From Gemmatimonadota bacterium (lineage in GTDB: Bacteria; Gemmatimonadota; Gemmatimonadetes; Longimicrobiales; RSA9): a stretch of DNA of 33,234 nucleotides. The notes under the pieces were generated by a model, which was given only the letters and a program-made list of their open reading frames with translations, was not told the origin of the DNA and did no database searches. The DNA lies in NCBI GenBank assembly GCA_040905425.1, contig JBBDRO010000020.1, positions 20,658 through 53,891 of the forward strand. The letters run 5' to 3'. The translations under genes were made by a program, and so were the position numbers. Below are positions 16,434 through 26,566 of the stretch, piece by piece (positions within the stretch are counted from its first letter, which is position 1; each line of letters begins with the position of its first letter).

Positions 16434-18239
16434 TCACCCCTCCGTGACCAGCACCACCCGCTCACTCACCGCGCGCCGGCCGCGCGCGTCTTCCACCTCC
16501 AGCCGGATGCGACGCAGACCGGGCTCCACCAGCCCCAGGTCCAGGTCCACGGCCAGCACGGCGGGCCCCTCCGCGGGTGCGCGCGCCTCCCACTCGAGGC
16601 GGGGCTCGTCATCGGGGCCGCGCAGCCCCAGGGTGCGTCCGAGCCAGCCGGCCGCGCGCCCCAGCAGCGAGGGCTCGCGGCCGCTCTCCACGACGAGGCT
16701 CACCCGGTAGCGCTCCCCCTCGAGCCCGTGCACCTCGGCGTAGAGCCCCACCGTGGTGCGCGCCGGCACCACGAGGGAGCTGCGCGGCCGCAACGCCGCA
16801 TCCTCCCGACCGGTGGGGAAGGGACCCGCGCCGAACGGGCGCGCCACCACCACATCCGAGAGCAGCGGGGCCGCCGTCAGGGCCGGCAGGTCCACCCGGT
16901 AACGGGCCCGCCAAGCGGCCAGACCGTCGGCATTGCCGGGACCGGCCGTGCTGCCCGGTCTGGCCTCGCGCCCGCCTGGCGTAGCCGGACGCCGCGGCAC
17001 GCCCTCGGCAACGGCCTCGGCGCCGTACACCCAGGCGCCCGGGGGGACGGCCGCCCGGAGCGTCCAGCGCACCGAGTCGTGCCCGGCCGCCGGGATGGCG
17101 CCGTGCGCGCGGGCCGCGTCGCGCATCAGCAGCGTGTCCCGCACGAACAGGCCGGTCCGGACCCGCACACCGCCACCCACGAGCGCCACCGCCCCATCCA
17201 CACGCACCTCCCACACGCTGTCCGCCGGGAAGCGGGACAGCTGGTGCTCCAGCGGCTCCAGCGTCTCCAGACCCACCGGCGCGTACCCGGTGGTGGCGCG
17301 CTCCTCGGCCAGCGCCCAGGGCGTCCCCGGCGGCGGGGCGTGGGGCAGCCCCTGGCCGAGCAGGGCGGGGGGATCGAAGGCCAGCTGCGCGTCATCGAAG
17401 TGCTCCACCAGGGAGCCTTCACCCGGCATGGCGCCCCACGTGCGGGTCCGCCCGCTGGGGATGCCGTAGCGCACGGTCAGCTCGTCCAGATCCTCACCCC
17501 ACCGGTTCATGCCTGCCACCACCGGCGCCGCGGCCAGCAGACGCGCCCACACGTGCCGCGCCACGTGCTCCGCCCAGCGCTCGTTGGCGGAGGTCAACCA
17601 AAGCGGATCCGCCCACGCCCAGAAGCGGCGGGCATAGCGTATGCGGTCCTCCGCCGACAGGCGTCGGTAGCGCTCCCGCTCCGCGTACGGAAGTAGCCAG
17701 CCGAGCGCCTCGATCCGCTCCCGTTCATGAGCCGGCAGCGCCGCCAGACCGCGCCGTAGCAGCGGTTCGGCCGCCGCGTCGGCGCCGGCGGCATGATGGG
17801 CGAAGCCGAGCAGGAGATCGGCCTGCACGGAGTCCCGGCCGAGGGACGCATAGAGGCGCGCCACGCTGCCCGCTTCCGCGGCACGACCATCCTCCACCAG
17901 GTAGCGCACGAGCGGAGCGGCGGTGCCGGTGTGGGAGGGATCATAGCCCAGCGCCAGTCGGAGGGCTTCGATGGCTTCACGGCGCGCATCGATCACCGGG
18001 CCGGCCTCGGGGGCAGGCTCCACGTAGCCGGTGCGGCCGTAGGTGAGGCAGAAGCGGCCCACGATCTCGTCGCAGGGGCCGCCCACGGGCCGGTGCAGGG
18101 TGGTGGCCACGAGGCGCCGCGCCAGCCGCTCGTAGGTGGCCTCGGCGCTTCGCGCCCGCGCGCGCACGCCGGCGGCGGAATCGGCGTCGAGCGGCGCCGT
18201 TTGCAGCACGAGGAGGACGGCCAGCGCGGCGTTCAGCAT
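16434..18239 (-). CDS. Exported TPR-like protein with a divergent GWxTD-like domain
   Basis: Signal peptide; RRFWAWADPLWLTSANERWAEHVAR...WGEDLDELTVRYGIP matches the FW..DP..T..NE...EH..R...YG.P pattern; C-terminal Ig-like beta domains. Confidence 0.7.
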   Translation of the reverse strand: MLNAALAVLLVLQTAPLDADSAAGVRARARSAEATYERLARRLVATTLHRPVGGPCDEIVGRFCLTYGRTGYVEPAPEAGPVIDARREAIEALRLALGYDPSHTGTAAPLVRYLVEDGRAAEAGSVARLYASLGRDSVQADLLLGFAHHAAGADAAAEPLLRRGLAALPAHERERIEALGWLLPYAERERYRRLSAEDRIRYARRFWAWADPLWLTSANERWAEHVARHVWARLLAAAPVVAGMNRWGEDLDELTVRYGIPSGRTRTWGAMPGEGSLVEHFDDAQLAFDPPALLGQGLPHAPPPGTPWALAEERATTGYAPVGLETLEPLEHQLSRFPADSVWEVRVDGAVALVGGGVRVRTGLFVRDTLLMRDAARAHGAIPAAGHDSVRWTLRAAVPPGAWVYGAEAVAEGVPRRPATPGGREARPGSTAGPGNADGLAAWRARYRVDLPALTAAPLLSDVVVARPFGAGPFPTGREDAALRPRSSLVVPARTTVGLYAEVHGLEGERYRVSLVVESGREPSLLGRAAGWLGRTLGLRGPDDEPRLEWEARAPAEGPAVLAVDLDLGLVEPGLRRIRLEVEDARGRRAVSERVVLVTEG

Positions 18240-18314
18240 GGGGCGGACCGGTTGCGAGTGCGCATCTTGCGGTCAGGCCGGCAGGTTCTTAGACACCCGG
18301 GGACGGAGACACGG

Positions 18315-19262
18315 TTGAGCGCCACCACGAACATGATAGCGGACGGGCTGCGCGAGCGCATCCTGAGCGGTTGTTACCTGGGGAGTTGGGCGGCGGGGCA
18401 GCGCTTGCCGAGTGCCCGTGAACTGGCCGGCGCCGAGGATGTGGACCGCAAGACGGTGAGCGCAGCGTATCGGCGCCTGGAGGAGGAGGGTCTGGTGCGG
18501 ATCCGGCCGCGCTCCGGCGTCTACCTGGCGGAGCGCCGCGCCGCGGGTACGCCCCGCCCCCTCGAGCGGCTCTATCGACACTGGCTGACCAATCTCTACG
18601 AGGGCGCCCGCGCGCTCGAGCTGGACACCGCCGCCATCCTCCACCTGGTCACCGCCATCGCCGAGACGGAAGCCCGCTCCATCCCGGTCGTGGACGGCGA
18701 CCCGTGCACCGCCGAACTCCTGGCCAATGAACTCCGCGCGCGGCTGCACGTCCCCGCCGTTGCCCTCCCCATGGCGGGCCTGCGGGCCGATGCGCTCGAG
18801 GACAGCCCGTTGGTCGTGGCCACACCGGCCGCGGCCGCCGTACTCGGCCGCTCACTGGCCGTGCCGATCGTGGCGGTGACCCTGGCGGAGGATTTCGTAG
18901 ACGGACTGCGGGACGCCACGCGGAGCGGGGGGACGGTGGTCTTCGTGCCGGGGAAGGAGGCCGGCCGTCGCCTGCGCAGTGCCCTGGTGTTCGGGCAGCT
19001 GGACCGCGGAAATCCTCCCGTGCGGGTGGAGATCTGGGACACCGCCACGGCGGCCGCCAACGCCGTGCGCGGTGCCCGTAGCGCATTCCTCTGGCCCGGC
19101 TCGCCGCCCTGGCTGAAGCATGCCGTGGGCAGCATACCGTGCCTAACACCGCGCTGGTGCCTGGCGGAGACGGCGCTGCTCCGGGTGCGCGCCGCCATCC
19201 TGGACGCCGCCATCGAGCGGGCCGTGGACGCGGCGCCGGAAGCGCCCGCCGGCGCTCAGTAG
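18315..19262 (+). CDS. GntR family transcriptional regulator
   Basis: wHTH GQRLPSARELA..VDRKTVSAAYRRLEEEGLVRIRPRSGVY. TTG 18315 follows GGAGA; alternative start ATG 18333. Confidence 0.88.
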   Translation: MSATTNMIADGLRERILSGCYLGSWAAGQRLPSARELAGAEDVDRKTVSAAYRRLEEEGLVRIRPRSGVYLAERRAAGTPRPLERLYRHWLTNLYEGARALELDTAAILHLVTAIAETEARSIPVVDGDPCTAELLANELRARLHVPAVALPMAGLRADALEDSPLVVATPAAAAVLGRSLAVPIVAVTLAEDFVDGLRDATRSGGTVVFVPGKEAGRRLRSALVFGQLDRGNPPVRVEIWDTATAAANAVRGARSAFLWPGSPPWLKHAVGSIPCLTPRWCLAETALLRVRAAILDAAIERAVDAAPEAPAGAQ

Positions 19263-22200
19263 GTCCAGCGCCGCCGCACGTCCAGGACGAACTGCTGCTG
19301 GCTGCGGTTGTTCGGCAGCACCGCGCCGATGCCGCGGATGAGCCGGCCCCGGTAGACCGGCTCGATCCCCAGCCGCAGCGTGGAGTGGCGATCGAAGGCC
19401 CACTCCAGGCGCGCGGCCCAGGTATTCAGCACGGCGTCCGCGGGCTGGAGGATGCCGCCCACGCTGGACTCCACGGTGAGGAAGAGGTCCTCATCCAGTT
19501 CCCGGCCCAGGACCAGCGTGGCGCCGCCGAAATCCCCGATGCCGCCGCCGCCCAGCCGGATCGTGAGCAGGTCCAGGCTCAGTTGCTGCGCCACCTCCTG
19601 ACTCAGCTCCACGCTCAGCAGTTCGGTGAAGCCGCCCCAGACGGTCTCCTCCAGGAGCGCCTCGCCCGGCATGCCGCCGCCCTGCACCGCGAAGCTGGGC
19701 CGCCCGAAGAGCAGGAAGCTGAGCAGCTCCGACTCGGGGATGGCGGGCGCGTCGGCGCTGGCCAGTCCCAGCGTGGGACTGCGGAGCGTTCCGCCCACGC
19801 GCACCGTGACCTCGAAGGGCTGGGCCGTGGGGTCGATGATGGCACGCCGCGCGGTGATGTCCAGCGCGGGGTTGGGTTCGGGCGATCCCAGGAAGCGCAC
19901 CTGGGCACTCACCAGTTCGAACTGGCGCACGATGGGTCCCGCGAGCAGCACGTACGTGCCGCGGGTGCCCTCCAGCGTGCCCGTGATGCGCAGCTCGCGG
20001 CCGGAGCGGTTGACGGTCAGCTCTCCCGAGAGCTGGGCGCGCGCCTCGTCCAGCTCGAACCACGCGTCTTCCCGCACGTCGACCACGAGGTTGCGGATGC
20101 GCAGGGCCTCCGCGAATGAGGGCCTGCCGTCATCGGGACGCTCCACGGCCGGCGGCGGCGCGTAGATGTCCAGCTCCTGCAGCCGGCTGCCGAAGCGGGG
20201 CACGGGGACCGTGCCGCCGTGGATGGCCACCCTGCCCGTCAGGACGGGCTCGGTGAACGGACCCGCCAGATCCAGGTCACCCGTGAACGCGGCATCGTCA
20301 CGATCGTTGATGCCCATGACCTCGAACTCCCGCAACGCCAGGTCGAGCGCCAGCACGGGCGCCGCGATGTCCTCGAAACGGATGGTGCCGGACAGCTCGG
20401 CGGTGCCTCCGCTGCGCACGCTGAGACCCTCCACGGTGGCCGTGCGTCCCGCGAAGACCACACGCCCCTCCGCCTGCTCGTAGCGCTTGTTCAGCTCCAG
20501 GACCGTGAGCCCGCCGCCCGCCAGCCGGAGCGCGCCGTCGAACTGAGGCGCGTCCACGGTGCCGGCCAGACGCACGTCCCCGGTCACGCGCCCCGTCACC
20601 GCCGTGACGCGTGGCGAGAGCTGGCCGACGGGGCTCAGTGCCAGGCTGTCTGCGGTGAGCACCCCCTGCACGGCGCCCGCGTCACGCAGGGCAAAGGAGG
20701 GCGACGTGCCCAGGACGAAGTCGGCGGGCAGTGCGATCTCCGCGCGCAACGCCCCGGCCGTGTCCAGAGCCGCCGTGAGCGTGGCCTGCAGCACTCCGGC
20801 ACCGTAGTCGATCGTGGCGTCCATGCTCTCGAAGGGCACGCCCCCGAGTGCGCCGTCCAGCACGCTGAAGGCGCCGTCGATGGTGGGCGCCTCGGCGGGG
20901 CCGGTGATCGAAGCGGAGCCGGACAGGACGCCGGCCAGCCTGGGCGGCATGCCCAGCAGTTCCTGGATGTCACCCACCGGAAGGCCCGCTACCTCCACGC
21001 GCGCGTCGTCCTGACCGGGGGGCCATACGATCCCCGCGACGAAGAGCCGCCCTGCGATCGCCTGGTTGACCACCTCGAGGGAATCCACCTGCACGCCGGG
21101 CACGCCACCCCAGCGCACGGTCGTCGGTCGGGCAAGCACCCACGGTCCCGAGCCCGGGTCCAGCGTGGCGCTGCGCAGGATCAGGTCGCGCTGGCCGGTG
21201 CGCGGCATCGTACCATCCGCCACCAACGCCACGCCACCGCCACCCACGCGCTCGGCGTCCAGCGCGAGCGCGAAGGCGGGCGGCTCGGCCGTCACCTCCA
21301 GCGTGCCCTCCGCGAAGTCCCCCGCCGTGGGCGTCTGCAGGTCGGTGAAGGTCAGCACGATCTCCCCCTCCGGGCGGCGCTCCCGCAGGACGCCGCCGTA
21401 GGTGGCGTCCACGCTGGCCACCGACCATTTCCCCACCCGCAGCTCGCTCCCCTCGAAGCTGCCCTCGGCGCGCAGGGCCGAGAGGGGCCCGGAAACGCTG
21501 CCGCCCGCTACCAGCGAACCTGCGGCGTCCCCGTCGCCTATCAACGGCACATACGGACCGAACGGATCGAGGGACGCCAGCGTGAGCTCGTAGTTGAGCG
21601 CGCCCTCGACCGGCTCCACAAAGCGCCACTGCCCGGCGGCGGTCAGGTCGAGCGTGGCCAACTGCATCTCCAGCGCCGCCACGTCCAGTGTGCCACCACG
21701 CAGCGACGCGGCCATCGCCAGGGTGTCCGAGGTGCCGGTCTGCCAGCCGGTGAAGCGTCCGTTCACGGTAAACCTTGCCGCCATGGTGGCGGGGTCGGTC
21801 CCGCTCCCCTCGAGAGTGTAGCGCGCCGTTAGGGCCGCCGGCGGCAGGGCGGGGGCAAGGAGCAGGTCGGGCTCCACGCCCAGGAGCCGGCCCTCCACGT
21901 CATACGTTGGCACGGGGCCGGTCAGATCCAGCATGCCCGCCGCGGTGACCACGCCGCCGCCCAGCTCGAAGCGCACGTCCACGTCCAGGGGCGCGGCCGT
22001 GGGCGGTCCGGTCAGCGCCACCTGGCCCGAGATGGTCCCCGTGAGCGGCAGACCCGGGATGTAGGCGGCTAGCGCGGCCAGCGGAACCTCGTCCACTGCG
22101 GCCACGAGCCGGCGCAGCGAGCCGCCGGCCTCATCCAGCGCCAGCTGGCCCTCCAGGTCGGCCGCGAAGCGCTCGCCCGAATCCGAAGTGAGATCCGCCA

Positions 22201-23413
22201 CTAGGTCGAAGTCGAAGAGACCGCCGGTGCCGCTCAGGTTGCCGCGCAGCACGCCGGTGTAGGGCAGGGGCCCCGTAAACGGCTCCAGCAGTGAGACGGC
22301 CAGCGGGTCCAGGGTGAGCTCGGCGTCGAGCAGGCGGGCGTCGGTGGCCGTGCTCATGAGGAACGACAGCGTCCCCCCCACCCGGGAGTCGGCGGCGCTG
22401 GCATCCAGCTCCGAGAGCACGACCAGGTTCAGGTCATTGGCGGCGGGTTCGATGCGGAAGCCGAACGAGGCCGTGCCCCGCTCGGGCAGGAGCGCGGGAC
22501 GCAGCTCACCCAGTTCCTCGAAGGCCAGCGCCGGGGCGCGGCCGGTGGCGCGCACCCCCCAGCCGCCCAGGTCGGGATTCCATACGCCGGCGATGGCCGT
22601 GAAGCTGGAGCCCTCCACGACCAGGCGCTCGACGGTGAAGGGAACGCTGTCCTCGGGCACACGAAGGACGGCGTCGTAGGCCACCAGCGGAATGGGCTGC
22701 TCAAAGTCCTCCACCTCCAGCACTGTTTCCAGCGTGGCCACGCGCACCAGCGGCTCCGGCAGTCCGGGCCGGGAGAAGACCACTTCCGTGAGGCTGGCGT
22801 CCAGGTCGCGGAGCGTGAAATCCCGTACAGTGGTCTCAACCTCCACGCGCACGCCGCGCAGGCGCACGCCGGCCAGCAGCACCGTGCGCGGCCGGCCGCC
22901 ACCGCCGCCGTCCCCCTCCAGGAGCCCCGCCATCGGCTGCTCGTAGTTCCACCCGCCGTCGGTGCCCTGCACGAGGAGCACCGTGCCGCCGCGCACGTCC
23001 ACGTCCCGCAGGATGACGTCACCGGCCCGCATGCGGCCGCCGTCCAGCCGCGCGCTGGCCGCGGGGATGCGCGCCAGCGAGCGGCCCGCCTCGTCACGCC
23101 AGTGGACGTCTCTCACCGTGATGCGGAGGGGGCCCGTGATGGGGCGGGTGGGCACGGGAGAGGCCGCCAGACGATCCGCGATGCGGCCCTCCAGGGCGCC
23201 GATCACCGGGCCCCGCGCCCCGGTCTCCGGTGCCGCCTGGTCGCGGGTCTCGGGCGTGGCCACCGAGTCCACCGTGGTGCGCAGGGGGGTGCTGTCCACC
23301 TCCACGCCGCCACCGCCGCCCAGCAGCCACCACACCACCACCACGAGCGCGGCCATCGCGCCCACCAGGACCGCCGGGCCGATGGCGTACCAGGGCAGCC
23401 GGCGCCGGGCCAT
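19256..23413 (-). CDS. tamB: Translocation/assembly module TamB (AsmA-like) protein
   Basis: N-terminal TM anchor, long beta-taco repeats and a DUF490-like C-terminus (NPALDITAR, VGGTLRSP, SELLSFLLFGR); coupled to the Omp85 gene. Confidence 0.88.
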   Translation of the reverse strand: MARRRLPWYAIGPAVLVGAMAALVVVVWWLLGGGGGVEVDSTPLRTTVDSVATPETRDQAAPETGARGPVIGALEGRIADRLAASPVPTRPITGPLRITVRDVHWRDEAGRSLARIPAASARLDGGRMRAGDVILRDVDVRGGTVLLVQGTDGGWNYEQPMAGLLEGDGGGGGRPRTVLLAGVRLRGVRVEVETTVRDFTLRDLDASLTEVVFSRPGLPEPLVRVATLETVLEVEDFEQPIPLVAYDAVLRVPEDSVPFTVERLVVEGSSFTAIAGVWNPDLGGWGVRATGRAPALAFEELGELRPALLPERGTASFGFRIEPAANDLNLVVLSELDASAADSRVGGTLSFLMSTATDARLLDAELTLDPLAVSLLEPFTGPLPYTGVLRGNLSGTGGLFDFDLVADLTSDSGERFAADLEGQLALDEAGGSLRRLVAAVDEVPLAALAAYIPGLPLTGTISGQVALTGPPTAAPLDVDVRFELGGGVVTAAGMLDLTGPVPTYDVEGRLLGVEPDLLLAPALPPAALTARYTLEGSGTDPATMAARFTVNGRFTGWQTGTSDTLAMAASLRGGTLDVAALEMQLATLDLTAAGQWRFVEPVEGALNYELTLASLDPFGPYVPLIGDGDAAGSLVAGGSVSGPLSALRAEGSFEGSELRVGKWSVASVDATYGGVLRERRPEGEIVLTFTDLQTPTAGDFAEGTLEVTAEPPAFALALDAERVGGGGVALVADGTMPRTGQRDLILRSATLDPGSGPWVLARPTTVRWGGVPGVQVDSLEVVNQAIAGRLFVAGIVWPPGQDDARVEVAGLPVGDIQELLGMPPRLAGVLSGSASITGPAEAPTIDGAFSVLDGALGGVPFESMDATIDYGAGVLQATLTAALDTAGALRAEIALPADFVLGTSPSFALRDAGAVQGVLTADSLALSPVGQLSPRVTAVTGRVTGDVRLAGTVDAPQFDGALRLAGGGLTVLELNKRYEQAEGRVVFAGRTATVEGLSVRSGGTAELSGTIRFEDIAAPVLALDLALREFEVMGINDRDDAAFTGDLDLAGPFTEPVLTGRVAIHGGTVPVPRFGSRLQELDIYAPPPAVERPDDGRPSFAEALRIRNLVVDVREDAWFELDEARAQLSGELTVNRSGRELRITGTLEGTRGTYVLLAGPIVRQFELVSAQVRFLGSPEPNPALDITARRAIIDPTAQPFEVTVRVGGTLRSPTLGLASADAPAIPESELLSFLLFGRPSFAVQGGGMPGEALLEETVWGGFTELLSVELSQEVAQQLSLDLLTIRLGGGGIGDFGGATLVLGRELDEDLFLTVESSVGGILQPADAVLNTWAARLEWAFDRHSTLRLGIEPVYRGRLIRGIGAVLPNNRSQQQFVLDVRRRWTY

Positions 23414-25608
23414 CAGAAGGCCTGCCCCACCGCCACGTGGATGCGCAGGCGCTGGAAGAAGCTGCCCGCGGCGCCGCGGAAGCTGTCATCCACGCGCACC
23501 AGACTGCCCTTGTCCGGGTTGGAGAGGTAGAGCGGCCCGGCAGCCGGGCCGTGGGGATTGTACGCCACGTCCAGACGGAGAGGCCCCACGGGGGTGGCCA
23601 GGCGGATGCCGGCGCCGGGCGTGAGCTTCCACGGGTCGGAGCCCAGGTCCCACAGATTGCCCGAGCTCACCACACCCGCGTCCACGAAGGCGGCCAGACG
23701 CAGCATGCGGCCCAGGAAGGGGGAGGGGAAGCGGACCTCGGCGTTCAGCACCCCCACGGCGGTGCCTCCCACGGGGACGAAGGTGGGACTGCCCACCGGC
23801 CGCACGGTCCCCGCCGCGGTGTCGATCTCCAGCGCGCTGGTGACGTAGACGCCCGGCCCGAGCGCATTCCGCTCGAAGCCACGCACGCTGTTGGCGCCGC
23901 CCGCGTAGAAGCGCTCCTCGGGCGGCAGGAAATTCTGCCCCGGCGTCAGGTTTGCCGTGCGGAAGAAATTGCCCACGCGGAGCGCCACGCTGCCCACCCA
24001 TCCGGGCCGCAGGGTGCGGTAGAGGGAACCGTTGGCGGAGAAGCGGAAGAAGCTGATGTCCGAGAGCAGCCAGGGGGCCGCCCACGTCACGCCCGAACTC
24101 AGCGTGAAGCCGCTGGTGGGATTCAGTGGATCATCGGCATGATTCCAGAAGGCGCTCACGCCCAGGGAGTTGCGGAATCGTTCCTGGGACAGCGTGTCCA
24201 CCAGCGCGGGCTGGCAGACCTGGAACGCCGCACAGAACAGCGCGGCCGAGGCCACCGTGGAACCGCGCTCCACGTCCAGGCCGGCCGTGGCCGTGGCCTC
24301 CCGCCCGATGCGGCGCGTGACGGCCGTATGCCCACCCACGGCACGCCGCCGGAACACCGACGGCTCCGAAAGACGCTCGGCAAAGAGCCCCACGGAGAGC
24401 TGATTGAGCGGGCTCAGGAAGTAGGGCTGGTCCAGGTCCGCGGACACCCGGTAGTCCAGGCCCTGGCCGAAGACCGTGTCCCCCGGCGCGCCGCCGCAGA
24501 AGCGGCCCAGCCCCGCGTCCAGCGGCGCCGCGATGCCGATGCGGCTGGCCGAGGCGCCGAGCTCCAGGCGCCGCGCCCCACCACCGAAACTGCGACTCAC
24601 CCAGTCGGCTTCGGTGCGTACGCACTCCACGCTGCCGTAGCCCACGGCCGCGTCCACCTGGTGCACGGAGCGCTCCGCCACGGCCACCAGAACGGTGGCG
24701 CGCGTGCTGTCCTCCGGCACGGCCTGCAGGGAGTCCGGCGCCTGCGTGACCGAGGCGAACTGCACCAGGTTCAGGTCGTAAAGATTGCGCTGCCCCGCGG
24801 CCAGCTGAGTGCGCCGCAGGACGTCACCCGGCGCGAACGGGAGCTGCCGGAGGGTGGCGCCCCGGCCCAGGTGCTCGGCCCCGGTCACGATGATGGAATC
24901 GATCACCACCCGCGGGCCGGGCACGGCCAGCAGGCTGGCCGAGGCGCGATCGCGCACCGTGTCCACGGCAAAGTTGCGCAGCACCTCCGCGTTGGCGTGC
25001 CCGCGGCGCTGCAGCCCAGAAAGGATGATGTCGGCCGCCGCCACGAGATCCCCGAGACGGAAGCGCTCGCCCGGGACCAGGGGCAGTGTCCGCGCCAGCG
25101 AATCGGGGTCCAGCACGCCCTCCGTGCCCTCCACGGTGAGCGAGTCCAGGGTGACCGCGTGGCCACGGCGGATACGGAAGAGCACGTCCACCGTCTCCTC
25201 ACCCTCGTCCTGCGTCTCGGGATCGATGCGGGTGCCGAAGTAGCCTTCGCGACGATAGAAAGAGCGGAGGCGGGTGACGTCCTCGGCCACCGTGGTGGCG
25301 TCCAGATGATGGACCTGGCGGCCGATACCGGTGAAGGGAACGCAGATGGGCAGGCCCAGGAGGCTGCAGCGCGTGGGCTGGGTCTGTACCACGGTGAGGA
25401 GGGTGTCCCGCGAGTAGATGTCGTTGCCCTCGAAGGACACGTCCTCGATGCGCTTGCCGGCGTGCTCCGCCACCTCCGGGTACAGCTCGGCCGCACGTGT
25501 ATAGGCACCGCACCCCGCGGCCGTAACGGCCATGGAGAGTACCATCAACCCACGCGCTGCCCGGGCCCGGGCGCCGTCGCTCCACCGGTGGTTCGTCACT
25601 CTACCCAT
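23413..25608 (-). CDS. BamA/TamA family Omp85 protein, probably a lipoprotein (TamL-like)
   Basis: POTRA motifs (FYRREGYF, LQRRGHANAEV), ERFYAGGANSVRGF, GIRLATPVGPLRLDVAY and C-terminal VAVGQAF; lipobox-like TAAGC. Confidence 0.92.
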   Translation of the reverse strand: MGRVTNHRWSDGARARAARGLMVLSMAVTAAGCGAYTRAAELYPEVAEHAGKRIEDVSFEGNDIYSRDTLLTVVQTQPTRCSLLGLPICVPFTGIGRQVHHLDATTVAEDVTRLRSFYRREGYFGTRIDPETQDEGEETVDVLFRIRRGHAVTLDSLTVEGTEGVLDPDSLARTLPLVPGERFRLGDLVAAADIILSGLQRRGHANAEVLRNFAVDTVRDRASASLLAVPGPRVVIDSIIVTGAEHLGRGATLRQLPFAPGDVLRRTQLAAGQRNLYDLNLVQFASVTQAPDSLQAVPEDSTRATVLVAVAERSVHQVDAAVGYGSVECVRTEADWVSRSFGGGARRLELGASASRIGIAAPLDAGLGRFCGGAPGDTVFGQGLDYRVSADLDQPYFLSPLNQLSVGLFAERLSEPSVFRRRAVGGHTAVTRRIGREATATAGLDVERGSTVASAALFCAAFQVCQPALVDTLSQERFRNSLGVSAFWNHADDPLNPTSGFTLSSGVTWAAPWLLSDISFFRFSANGSLYRTLRPGWVGSVALRVGNFFRTANLTPGQNFLPPEERFYAGGANSVRGFERNALGPGVYVTSALEIDTAAGTVRPVGSPTFVPVGGTAVGVLNAEVRFPSPFLGRMLRLAAFVDAGVVSSGNLWDLGSDPWKLTPGAGIRLATPVGPLRLDVAYNPHGPAAGPLYLSNPDKGSLVRVDDSFRGAAGSFFQRLRIHVAVGQAF

Positions 25609-25745
25609 CGGAGCGGGCCGTCTCGCAAGTCACACGCCATGCGGGGGCACGGCCCGTATGCGCGCGCCCGCGTGGCCACGCACCCCGCGCGACGCCCGAC
25701 GGGGACACGCCCCACGCGCACGCCCCCTACACGCACGCCCACACC

Positions 25746-25774
25746 TTGACGGCCAGCGCGCCACCAGCTAGGTT
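25746..25774 (+). promoter_or_regulatory. sigma70-type promoter for the TPR gene
   Basis: TTGACG (25746-25751), 17 bp, TAGGTT (25769-25774). Confidence 0.65.
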
Positions 25775-25861
25775 TTTTTGCTGCAATAGAGTGACTTGAG
25801 ATCCGCCCGCGCCGCGGCCCGGCGTGGGCGGATTCGTTAGCCCTCGTAACAACCAAGAGCC

Positions 25862-26566
25862 ATGGTCCGGCATCCCGCCGCACGCCGCGTCCCGCGCAAG
25901 GAGCGCGACTCCGATGACGTCTTCGTGGAAGGCGTCCTCGAATCCACGGCCTTCGCCAAGCAACACGCCCGCGCCCTGATCATCGGCGGCGTGGTCCTGG
26001 TGGTGGCGGTGATCGCGCTGCTTTACTGGCGCAACGTCAGCCAGGCCAGGGAGGACCGAGCAGCCGCGGAACTCGTGGAGATCCGCCAGGCCATACAGAG
26101 CGGCAACCCGCAACTGGCCGTGGTGGGAGCGCGCTCGTTCCTGAACAACTTCGACGGCACCTCCGCCGCCCCGGAGGTGCGCCTCATGCTCACCGAGGCG
26201 CTGCTGAAGACCGGCGCCGCCGAGGAGGCCATCGAGGCCATACAGCCGCTGGCCCGGGACGTGGATGACGAGATGGGGGTCACGGCGGCCTTCCTCCTGG
26301 GCGCCGCCTACGAGGCGGCCGGCCAGGGTGAGGCGGCCGCGACGGCATACCTGCGCGTGGCGGAGGACGGCCGCTTCCTCTTCCAGCGCCAGGAGGCCAT
26401 GGACCAGGCGGCCCGTGTGCGCGCCGAACAGGGAGACACCGCGGGCGCCATCGAGCTCTACGAGCGCCTGGTCGAGATGACGCCCGAGCAGAACCAGGAA
26501 CGTGGCATCTACGCCATGCGTCTGGCCGAATTGCGCGCTACCGCGGCCGCGGGCTCGGGCGGCTAG
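25862..26566 (+). CDS. Membrane-anchored tetratricopeptide repeat protein (YfgM-like)
   Basis: Short cytoplasmic N-terminus, one TM helix (LIIGGVVLVVAVIALLYW), then TPR helices. Confidence 0.85.
   Translation: MVRHPAARRVPRKERDSDDVFVEGVLESTAFAKQHARALIIGGVVLVVAVIALLYWRNVSQAREDRAAAELVEIRQAIQSGNPQLAVVGARSFLNNFDGTSAAPEVRLMLTEALLKTGAAEEAIEAIQPLARDVDDEMGVTAAFLLGAAYEAAGQGEAAATAYLRVAEDGRFLFQRQEAMDQAARVRAEQGDTAGAIELYERLVEMTPEQNQERGIYAMRLAELRATAAAGSGG

Noticed and set aside
23230..25749. Long antisense ORFs (839 aa here; also 1410..3653, 4065..5912, 12647..14251, 20219..21832)
   Set aside because: Shadow frames of well-supported genes, expected from high GC3 and scarce stop codons; no domain motifs.
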